A stretch of 64,000 bases of DNA from assembly GCF_009914755.1 (NCBI RefSeq), contig NC_060926.1. One strand, 5' to 3'. The translations under genes were made by a program, and so were the position numbers. The notes beneath the pieces are model-generated. The model saw nothing but the letters and a program-made list of their open reading frames with translations. It did not search any database and was not told the DNA's origin. The number at the start of each line of letters is the position of its first letter. The stretch's first letter is position 1. Source of the DNA: the human T2T-CHM13v2.0 reference genome, Homo sapiens. Of the stretch, positions 53,758 through 64,000 are shown one piece after another.

Positions 53758-54930
53758 GTCTCAATACTAAATTAAGACTGTTTGCCACTGAAAGAAGCCA
53801 TAGGATCTTTGATTACATAAGATAAGAGTGAGCGTAAGAGGCATGCACTTGCCTGAGTTTGTAATCCCTGAATTTCCATCAGGGGCAGAGGAAGAGCTTC
53901 TTTACAATGAAGAGATTTAAAGGGAGCAGTGAGAGACAACAATGTACTTGCACTGAATTACCCTCGGGGAACCTTGCTTGTTCCCCATGCTGGTTACACT
54001 TGCCAGTTGCTTTCTGACTTCCTATACTGAGCACACCAGATACAGTCTGACCCTGCCCAGCTCCTTAGTCTCCTCTTTGTGCTCTAACTTCCTCCCCAGG
54101 TCATGCTGTCAGTTTGCTTTGGCTCAACTGGGAAGAAAAGAAGAAGGAGGTGTTTATCTTCAACTCAGGTGAAGGCAGGATAATTGCAAATTTCTTCCTT
54201 GATGCATAAGTCAGTTAGGTCCTTCATTAAACCATTACCATACATAAAACTGATCTTCTCATTCCTCTGTGTTCATGCCATGGAGTTTATGACATATAAA
54301 TATGAGCCCTGAAGGAAACAGGGGTGTTTAGCTGCATAAGCTAAACCTCAACTGTGGCAGAGCCGGGATTTAAACATGGAGCTGCTGCAGAAGACTAAGC
54401 TCTCAACCTATTCCCTTTGTTCTCTAACTCCAGAGAACGAGAGAGCTGACCGGACCCTCCCTATCCTGCCCTAAACTTGAGGTCTCTGAGGAAATCACAT
54501 TTACAGAATTCACCTGGAAAATGACTACCCTGACTACCATTAGGTATGAGTTCTAGTCCAGTGGAGATTTCTGTTGAGCTAAGCTGAATCATTCAGGACT
54601 CCTTCCTGAGCTAGAGAAAACACGTCAAATGAGCTTCTTTGCACATTTCCTCTAACCCACCACACATATTTGACCTTTCATCTGTAACACCTGGAATACC
54701 TGGTGCAGAAGAATAAAGATAACCAAGAACATGAACACTATGGCAAGACTGCACTAAGTTGTAGGACCCTTTCTTTTGCTCCCAAGTTTGGAGCTATTTG
54801 AGAAACAGAAATAGTTCTTAAGCACATGAAAAGAACAATGTCAATAATCATGCTGACTGAAACATTGAAAACATCGTTAAGACAATGTTAAGCTCTTGTT
54901 GTACTTGAATCTGGGCTGTGAAAGACGTGG

Positions 54931-55344
54931 CATCTTAGTTCGTTTTCTGTTCTTATAACAGAATCCCTGAAACAAGGTAATTGATAAAGAAAAGGAATTT
55001 ATTTCTTATGGTTATTGTGGCTAAGTCCAAGGTCTAGGGGCTGCATCTGATGAGGGTCTTCTTTCAGGTGGGGGCTGTTTGCAGAGTCCCCAGGTGGTAA
55101 AAGGCAGCACATGATGGGAAAGCTGAGCGTGCTCATGTGCTAGCTCAGGTATCTCTTACTCTTCTTATAAAGCCACAAGTTCCTCTCCCAAGATAACCTA
55201 TTAATCCATTAATTTGTTAATCCATTCATGATAGCAGAGCCCTCGGGATACAACCACCCCTTAAAGGCCCCACTTCTCAATCCTGCCACGTTGGGGATTA
55301 AATTTCAACCTGACTTAAAGGGGGCAAATATTCAAACCATAGCA
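54931..55344 (-). mobile_element. MaLR solo LTR (MSTC/D or MLT1A1-like)
   Basis: CATCTTAGTTCGTTTTCTGTT ... AAATATTCAAACCATAGCA. Confidence 0.85.
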
Positions 55345-55564
55345 ATCAGATATACTTCGACACTCTTAAACTACTGTTTATTAGAGTTCTTGGTATTTGT
55401 AAAAGGTAGCTTTCCAAAATCCTATACCCCTCCCATAACTCCTCTAACCCTTACGCACATGCAGGCATGTACAGGCATGTGCGTACATACACACGCACAC
55501 GCACACACACACACATATTTGTACACATTGATGATTGCATCAATGAAGAGAAGGCAAACTGGTA

Positions 55565-55624
55565 TTTTTCTTTTCTTCCTTTCTTTTTCTTTTTTTTTGA
55601 GACAGAGTCTCGCTCTGTCGCCCA
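55565..55624 (-). mobile_element. Alu 3' stub (26 bp of body plus tail)
   Basis: T-rich tail then GAGACAGAGTCTCGCTCTGTCGCCCA, abrupt end. Confidence 0.85.
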
Positions 55625-55679
55625 ACAACATTCAAAAGCCAGCAGCAAGATTGAGGTTCCATCATGTAGAAGTTAGAGC

Positions 55680-55990
55680 AGAAGCTAAGGACAGAGAATG
55701 CCTGGGTTCAAACCCTACTTTTGTTACTTATCAGTCTGTGTAACTTTTGTGAAACTTACTTAACCTGCCTGTGCTATAGTGTACTGATCTGTAAAATGGG
55801 GGTACTAAGAGTACCTACATCTGTATAATGGGGGCAATAATGGAACCTGCCTCAGATGGTTACTCATTGGTAAAAGAGTGACAATAATAGTATTTGTCTC
55901 TTTCATCTTAAGGATTAGAAGAGTTAATACATATAAGCACTTAGGAGACTGGCATGTAGTGAGCATTAAGTAATCATTTACTCTTATTGC
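55680..55990 (+). mobile_element. MIR
   Basis: GCCTGGGTTCAAACCCTACTT...TTACTTAACCTGCCTGTGC...ATCTGTAAAATGGGG; TAAGCACTTAGGAGACTGGCATGTAGTGAGCA. Confidence 0.8.
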
Positions 55991-56134
55991 TATTATCATC
56001 GAAGAATCAAAAATGAGATTGGCACAGCAGCTGCTCAGATATAAGCATAGCAAAGAAAGGAGAACCAGGCAACTGACAAGGTAACTGAGGAACAGGGAGA
56101 ACCGTGAGTCATGTTTATGAACTGTAGAGTGCTT

Positions 56135-56136
<2 letters not shown>

Positions 56137-56173
<37 letters not shown>
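56137..56173. repeat. (TG)n microsatellite
   Basis: Direct reading. Confidence 0.95.
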
Positions 56174-56175
<2 letters not shown>

Positions 56176-58091
56176 ATCAGGCCCCCAAAAAGTGCCATCA
56201 ACAAGGTAGACAGAATACTTTTGTTTTTCTAAAAGTCCAAAGCATAGCTCCTGGGGAGATTTGACTTACAATTTAGTCAGTGTGGAACCAAATAACCTAA
56301 AGTTAGCAGTGCCAAATGCCTTTGGTTGAATGTGTCTTCATATAAAGACTTATTTGTTCAAACCAAGAATAAAGTTTTCTTTTGAAGTAAACCCTTTGAA
56401 CTCCCATGAACCAAAGTGATCTGTGCACTACAGTTATATTTCACAATCAAGGGTTTATTTATATCACTTCCCTCCACAGCAAAACTTTATGATACAAATT
56501 GTAAATCTTCAACATCCCTAAGTTTCTCTATCAGTTAGTTATCTGTCTCATAGGTGTTGACATCACACATACTACACACGCACGGGGATAGCCTTTCACC
56601 AATAATAAAATCACATAGACTTTATTTCACCAGTAATCAAATTACATAGATGTGTTAGCTGCTCTTTCTTAAACTGTAAAACATGTGTACTCTTGTTAAT
56701 TCTAGGACATGGATTTTTTTTTCAGCTGAGGATATTCCCACTGATTCTCAATGACTTCCATGTGGGAAGGCAGGATCTTTTCTCTTACCATATCATATGT
56801 ATGTTTCTACAATTTCAGCTGCTCCATACATTCAGCTCTTGGTTAACTTGTTCCACATGACAATTAATGGAAATTAGAAGTTTGAAGACAGTGTCATCAA
56901 CTTTTAAAATATATATTTAAATATTTTGTATCAACCTAGAAATCCATCTATAGTACCTGTGTAATGTTTTAGGCTCTAGCCTTACACCTATAACTTAAAA
57001 ATGGAAGTGATTGCTTTATATGAACATGAATGTAGTATCTCACAATCATTTTAAGAAATGCTTTGTAAGTTAGCCATTTCAATAAAAGTTGTTTTTATAT
57101 CAGCAGATATTTAAAAGTGAATTATCAATTGCAGAAAAGTAGGGGGCAAGAAACAGAGAATTACTATCTTTTTCTCATTCATTAAGTTAACGAACAAGTA
57201 GATTTTTAATTTTTTTTTAAAAGTTACTGTTATTTCTTTTTTATTACCAATGGAAAGGCAAACCAGGAGGGAAAATAACCTTAAGCTCTACATCATATTT
57301 ATTATCCTCAGTGGTGAAGTGAGTAAGTAAGTGTAGAGGTATGAAATTCCAACAGACAGAAACATGCTGTTTGAAGAGGAAGTGGTGATATATAGACTAC
57401 AATTAGACAAAAAATATGATTGCTGAAATTTACAAATCATTCATAAAAAGAAAACAAGGTGGATAATGTCATCATCTACATAGCTCACAGCTTCCACTGA
57501 TCTAAATAAAGTGTATATATTTTTAAATATAATTCAATTAGCAACTACAGCAATCTAAGTGATCAATTACAGAAATAAAAAAAAGACACCAAACAGGAAA
57601 TTAATATATTTTTATACTCTCATTTTTCACTACATCATGATTATGATTTTACTGTAAGCTTACAAATTCACTAGTTCAGGTTTGTTAGTAGTTTGTTTTA
57701 GTTTTATTTGTGGTTTGAGAGTTTCTACAATCCTAAGTAGATTTATAGCACAGATGTATTTAACATAAATCCGAAAATATTAAAACATACTCAGAGAAAA
57801 TTTGTATCTTCTTGAGATACCGTTAGGCCTTAATATTATTAAAATATTTTGACAATATTGATTGACAAAAATGCATGCCGATGACAATAGGATTTTCTTT
57901 ATGAAATTTACTTCAATAGAATTTACTTTATGAAATTTAAGAACAAAATAATTATTGTTGACAAGAAAATACCATGATTTAAAGGCTCTGTGATAAATGA
58001 AAACAGCAAATATGGGTGAGAGACTATTAATAAATCCAATGGAAGACCAAGATGGATTTCTATCATAAGCATTAAAAACAAATATTTCAGT

Positions 58092-59175
58092 GACTTCTGG
58101 TTTCCAGTCCAGCATGTAAGAAGCTTAGAAGGCATCGCTGGAATCCTCACAACAAGGAAAAAACTGAACCTACTGAAAATAGACAACTTTTCTTACATCT
58201 GCCAGATAATTGAGTTCACAGGTCAAACCAGTACCTCCCAAATTGAAAAGACAGGCAGATACAAAGAATCACAACTTAACTGAGCAGAAACCTTTGAGGG
58301 AACCAATAGGGGGAAGGAAAACCTAAACTATAGTTGACAAATTGCTGGAGCTCAGTGTTGATAAGTCTGAGAGTTAAAGTCTCTAGGAGGGGCCAGTCTT
58401 CTGGGGGCTACACACTTGTATGAGTTTTACCTCCAGAAACCCTATTAGGTTCTCACAGTGAAGATCTGAGAAAAATCCCCTCCTGCTTCCAGTAAGGGAA
58501 AGGGAAAAGTAGCCATTTTGAAATATATCAGGGCATTCTACTTTTCTTGACAGGGTCTACCCTTAAGAGAAACTACTTTACCAGAGCTAATCTACGGAGG
58601 TTTTATTGAAGCCTAACTGATTTGCGGAAGGGGAAGAGAAATACCCAACTCCAGCCCTCTCTTTCCACCTATCCCACCTAAGGTGGAGGTGAGGGAATGA
58701 GAGGGAGAGGGTATGTGTGTTCACAATCCAGTTTACAGTGTGGAGGCACAGGCATACTAAAAGACTAAAAGACAGACCTAATGACAGGAGTATAGAAGGC
58801 TTCTCCTCCCCCAGTACCGTATGGCCATACTACCAAAGCCCTATATATTACAGTTGTCAGTGAGAAAACACACAATCCAATTACAAAATGGGCAAAAGAT
58901 TTGAGAAGACACCTCACCAAGGAAGATATACACATAGAAAATAAGCCTATGAAAGACAATCAACATCAAACATGAGATACCACTACAAACATAGTAAAAT
59001 GGCGTAAATCCAAGGTGCTAACAGTGCTACTGTCAGGAGTGAGTGGGTATGTGAGAAATGTCTGTGTTCTGTATTCTCTGCTCAATTTTTCTGTAAACCT
59101 AAAACTGCTCATAAAGAACAAAGTTTATTTAAGTAATAAATAAGGCCAAATGCTAGTGAGGATGTGGACAAAAAA
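58092..59175 (+). mobile_element. old L1MC-like mosaic: 5' UTR joined to ORF2 end, plus a 3' terminal piece
   Basis: GACTTCTGGTTTCCAGTCCAGCATGTAAGAAGCTTAGAAGG (L1MC 5' end); AAAATGGGCAAAAGATTTGAGAAGACACCTCACC (ORF2 end); TCTGCTCAATTTTTCTGTAAACCTAAAACTGCTC (3' terminus). Confidence 0.75.
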
Positions 59176-59779
59176 GCAAAAGCAATAGTTGACCTAGAAT
59201 TTTAAAAATGGACGTAAATGTATATTGAAAGATAGATTAAATAGATGGATAGATGATATATAGGTAATAGATAAATAGATAAGCTTGACTATCTTATTTT
59301 CCTTTATAAAGCATTGTTAGCATAAACAATAATGCTGGGACGCTCGCTTTTTCTTATAATATTTTTCATGTATTTTAATTTTTAAAATAAATTCATTCAT
59401 TATGACTTCTAATAATTACTAATAAAAATGGAACTGATTCATTTCTCTATCATTTTAAGTAGTATGGGCTAGGTTTAGCATTTGAGCATTTGTATATAGT
59501 TTGTCTCTGTTTGAAACAAATCTTACTACTATAATTTGTGAAACCAACATTGTGTGTCTGGCTTATTCCTTTTAATATTTTAAATAATAAAATCATTTAT
59601 GGCTTGGGCTATTTCCATTAGTTATAACTGACAATGAGAAATGTAGTAAAATATGATGTGGTTTAAAGGGTACTAATTAAGCTATAAATGACAGCAACAT
59701 CATGACTCTGAAGCTCATGAGTCATTTGTAATTCAAGTGCAGGAGTATTTTTTGGTAAGGCCTCAGTTGTGGAGCAATC

Positions 59780-59895
59780 CCAGTGGAAGTATATCTCATC
59801 TGTCTGGAATTACCTAGGTGTGGTTCTGCCCAGAGGCAGAGGGATGGACTGATTGATCTCTGGGAGCTACTTCCCAGCCCAGAGTCTCAGATGGT
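59780..59895 (+). mobile_element. CR1/L3 (or MIR3) 3' end
   Basis: GAGGCAGAGGGATGGACTGATTGATCTCTGGGAGCTACTTCCCAGCCC resembles the L3 tail. Confidence 0.5.
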
Positions 59896-60233
59896 TAAAG
59901 CCTGCAATTGAAATAAACGTCCTGCCATCACTCAGCCCTTAATCCCCCCATTCTATCCATGATTAAGTGATATCCTGACTCCCTTGTACTTTCCCAACCT
60001 CTTTCATGTCCACACTTGTCAGGATGCCCGATCCTCACTTAGTCTCCTTTTAGCAATAATTCAAATGCTGATTCACTTGAATCAAAAAAGAGGTGAAAGA
60101 GGGTACACAATTGGAACACACTAAAGAATTTGTAAATTCCAGCCAGTGAATCCATTTTCTTAACAGAATGCAAAAGGATTAAGAGATAGAAAGCTCTTAA
60201 CTTAGAACTTATGCTGAAGAAATAAGAGTTCTG

Positions 60234-60372
60234 ATTACCATGTTCTATGGAGATGCCACACACACGCATCCATATACAGGAGAACACACACACACACACA
60301 CAGACACACACATATATATATAGTCTTCTGTATAATGGATGTGTGTGTGACATCTCCATAGAACATGGTAAT
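60234..60372. repeat. inverted repeat with ~49-bp arms and a (CA)n(TA)n loop
   Basis: Arms at 60234-60283 and 60324-60372; the outer 22 bp ATTACCATGTTCTATGGAGATG are perfectly complementary. Confidence 0.95.
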
Positions 60373-60477
60373 ATACATATAAACACGTGCGCGCGTGTGT
60401 GTGTGTGTGTGTGTGTGTGTCTGCCCATTCCACCTTCTACCTACCCTTTTCAGGGCTGAGTGACTGATCTTCATGCT

Positions 60478-60829
60478 TGATATGGTTTGGATCTGTGTCC
60501 TTCCCCAATTCTCAGGTCAAATTATAATCCTCAGTGTTGAAGGTGGGCTCTGGTGGTAGGCAATTGGTAGTGAATGAGTGCTCATGAGATCTGGTCATTT
60601 TAAAGGGTGTAGCACCTCCTACCACCTCCGTCTTGCTCCTGCCATGTAAGGCTCCTGCTCCCACTTTGCCTCCTGCCATGAGTAAAACTCCCTGAGGCCT
60701 CCTCAGAAGCAGAGGCTGCCATGCTTCCTGTACAGCCTGTGGAACAGTGAGCGAATTAAACCTCTTTTCTTTATATATTACCCAGTCTCAGCTATTCCTT
60801 TTATAGCAGTGGGAGAATGAACTAATACA
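60478..60829 (+). mobile_element. MSTA-like solo LTR
   Basis: TGATATGGTTTGGATCTGTGTCC ... GAGAATGAACTAATACA. Confidence 0.92.
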
Positions 60830-60930
60830 ATGTCCATATTCTATATTCACACAGCTAATCGGTTCTCATATCACTCTTTATATTAATAACAATAGCTACT
60901 CCTCACTATTATTAGCAACAATAATAGTTC

Positions 60931-61052
60931 TTTTTATTGAGATAGGGTCTTACTATGTTGCTGAGGCTAGCCTTGAACTCTTGGGCCCAAACAATCCTCC
61001 TCTTCAGCCTCCTGAGTAGCTGGGAATATACGTGTGCACCACTGCCCCAAGC
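60931..61052 (-). mobile_element. FLAM (Alu monomer)
   Basis: GAGATAGGGTCTTACTATGTTGC...CCTCCTGAGTAGCTGGGA; TSD AATAATAGTTC. Confidence 0.88.
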
Positions 61053-62073
61053 TAATAATAGTTCCTATATACTATATATAATATATGTGTGTGTGTGTCT
61101 GTGTGTGTGTGTATGTGTGTATATAAAACCACTGTTCAATTCACAAGGCATCCTGTGACCTAGCATCAACCTTTACTTCTAAAAGTCAACTTAAATTTTA
61201 TGCTTCCAGAATTATTTGAGAGATGTAGCCAGAGAAAGCAAGCAGCTCTGTGCAGGGGAACATACTCTTGGCTTTATATCAAAAAGCCATAGCCTTTATG
61301 AGAATTGCTGTCATTTTCAGCTAGGCCATAACTAACAGTCAGCTCACATTGTGAATGCAGAACAGCCAGTTGTGCCTTGGGATTTTCCAGCCTAATAGAT
61401 TCTCACTTCATCATGTACTTGGAGGCAGAACTAGTTAAGTGGATGACAAGAGAAGTGGCAAAAATAGTAAAGAGAGCTTAGAAGAAATCATGAAAAGGAA
61501 TAGATATTTCCCTCCTGCCTTCCATTCTGTTCTTTCTACCTCCTTTGCTAATTTCTTATTTTCTTTTCTCTGCTCTTTTAAATCAAAGACACTCTTTACT
61601 CTGCAATTTCAGTAACATAAAACAGATATAAACATATTTGCAAAATCAGAGTTCCTGCCATCTATTAGAAATCTCTATTGTGCATTAAGAAAGGTGAGAT
61701 ATATGGCACCAACTTCTATCTTTTGTTTCATCATCTCCAATCTAAATCATAATTGCAGCAAGAAAGAGGTAATGAATATTCAATTTTATAATAAAAAATA
61801 GGGCATTGTTTTGTTACACATGCAAGAGGCCCATGTCTAAAACAAGACAGAGTAAAGCAAAGCAAAACAAAACAAGACCACTTCTAATCTACTAGTTGCC
61901 TGCCCTATGTGTGAGTTAAAATACAATTTGTGAATTGCAAATTAGAAAATGGGAGTCCACAAAAGACTATTTAGACATATCACCTGTCTCACAAGTATTT
62001 TCCTGTTCATTCTCCCCATTAGTTTCTGCCCTTCTACTTTTAAATATAAATAAAAAGATCTGCACAAAGCTCT

Positions 62074-62450
62074 TGTATCTGTCTGCACAGACGCAGGCTG
62101 ACACGACAAAATACCGGGGACCAGGTGCTTAAACAATAGGTATTTATTTCTCACAGTTCTGGAGGCTGGAAAGTCCAAGATCTAGATGCCTACAGATTCA
62201 ATTCCTCAGTGAGGGGGTTCTTCCTAAGTTGTAGGTGCTGTGTCCTCACAAGGTGAAAAGGGAGAAAGAGAAAGTAAACTCTCTAGGGCCTCTTCTTATA
62301 AAGTCACTAATCTCATTATGAGGATGAGCCCCCCCTCATGGCTTCATCTAAATCTAATTGTCTCCCCAAATCTTCATCTCCAAATACCATCATGTTGGGG
62401 TTAGGGCTTCAACATATAAATTTGGATGGGACACAATTCAGTCCATAGCA
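62074..62450 (-). mobile_element. MLT1A/B-like solo LTR
   Basis: TTTATTTCTCACAGTTCTGGAGGCTGGAAAGTCCAAGATC ... ACAATTCAGTCCATAGCA. Confidence 0.9.
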
Positions 62451-62509
62451 GTCCTCGTTCTCAATCAAATAACGCATCCTTTATAGTAAAAATTCCTAGT
62501 CAAGGCTTC

Positions 62510-62720
62510 CAGTGGTACAGTGCTGACTGCGTGCCAAGGATCTTTGCAAGGCTGTTTTGCATATGCCTCTTTAAAACTCATAACAACTGTTTAAGGCAGT
62601 TACTGTGATCATTCTCATTTTTCAAAGGAGGAAATTGAAGAAGAGAGAGGCTTAACAACTCCTTTTGGGTTATAAAACTAGTAAGGTCTAAGGCCAAGTT
62701 TCAAACTCAACCCAATTATC
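62510..62720 (-). mobile_element. MIR fragment
   Basis: CTCATAACAACTGTTTAAGGCAG...CATTTTTCAAAGGAGGAAATTGAAG. Confidence 0.65.
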
Positions 62721-62808
62721 TCCCAAACATGCTAATCTATAAAGCCACCAACTTAAAGAAGAAATCTTTTTTTTACATATTGCTCTTCTTCCTAACCTTC
62801 ACCACCAT

Positions 62809-63469
62809 TGTATAGTGCACCCTTGACATAAGTAACTCCATCTTAAGAAAAGACTCCATCTTAAGAAAAGACTCCATCTTACATTAATAAGGCACTTTGA
62901 CAACAGGGACCAGATATTTTGGTTAATAAATAAAGACAGCATCCAACCAGATAAGGACATAACCAAGCACACTCTTCCACTATCAGTCCTCACTAGACAA
63001 CTCTGTGGCTATAAAAAGAACAGACTGACATAGTCTTGCCGTTACTTGTGATAAGCACCAGGATCTGCTGCTGAGAGCTCTGCCCACATCAAAGATTCTT
63101 CCTTGCAAGACCAATGGACTACCTGGCCCAGACCAGAAGATTCTTTTTGTCTACTTCGCTCTCCCTGGACTGGTTCCTTTTCCCATTCCCTTATGGACTG
63201 TTTAATCCATAACGTTTGTTTGTATGTTGATTAAGTGTACTATTATGTATGGTTTGCAATATCAACTGACTTATGAAATGGCTTGAGCCTGTGTGCCATA
63301 GGCTCTGACTACTGAGTGAACAGGAATTACTAAGGAGAATTGCCTCTTTGGAAACTCCATGTAGCTCCCGGCTTTTGTGATTGAAATAGCATTGATAAAA
63401 GCCTAACACTGTGGAAAGACACAAATGTGCATGAACCTGGTTATTTCTGACCTTGCATCACTCATGAGA
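62809..63469 (+). mobile_element. ERV1 solo LTR (MER72-like)
   Basis: TGTATAGTGCACCCTTGACATAAGTAACTCCATCTT start, internal TATAAAAAG, 18-bp repeat ACTCCATCTTAAGAAAAG; family name from memory. Confidence 0.65.
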
Positions 63470-63807
63470 ATTACTGTGTTAAAATTTCAAAATTTGATGG
63501 TTTCTAACTCCATAGATCTATTTTAAAAATACAGTATTCTTTGTGCAGTTACTCTTTGCTTTCTTTTCTGCTGACCACTGTACTTTCTTTGCTGGCATTG
63601 TTAACATTTTCACTCTCTTTTATTTTTTCTTTCCTTCACATTCCTTTTCTCCTTCCCTCTTTTGTCTTTCCTTTCTCCTGTTTTTATAGCATCTTCAAAT
63701 GACTGAGTCCCCAAGCATGAAACCTGAAATCTGCTCTATACATTTTCTTGTTTCAAGTTTTTTTTTTTGACATTTTATTTATTTATTTTTTAAGGTTAAG
63801 TTACTTA

Positions 63808-64000
<193 letters not shown>

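Noticed and set aside
55228-55743. Longest ORF in the window (171 aa)
   Set aside because: Runs through an LTR end, a CA-rich microsatellite, an Alu stub and a MIR; chance open frame

Overview
Primate, very probably human, AT-rich genomic DNA, judged from Alu, FLAM, THE1/MST/MLT, MER, Tigger1, L1, L2 and MIR repeats. No protein-coding gene can be supported: the ORF track is explained by repeats and chance. The main unique landmark is a small CpG-rich promoter-like region at about 26.4-27.5 kb. It has a candidate minus-strand first-exon donor (GTGAGT at 26415), and a well-formed 37-nt minus-strand exon (8329-8365) lies about 18 kb downstream in a repeat-free island. This suggests the 5' end of a large minus-strand gene that I cannot name, with 27.5-64 kb being upstream or intergenic. 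I found no convincing new multi-gene system. The most unusual signals are local DNA-copying scars: (i) an Alu 5' junction built from two fold-back palindromes and an 86-bp inverted copy of DNA about 0.7 kb away, (ii) a 28-bp copy inside Tigger1 templated 1.9 kb away, (iii) a hairpin with ~49-bp arms at 60.2 kb, (iv) a 63-bp microhomology-bounded tandem duplication. Also notable are a uORF spanning a C13 run and a tailless U2 fragment. Repeat subfamily names come from remembered consensus sequences, and boundaries of old repeats are approximate.
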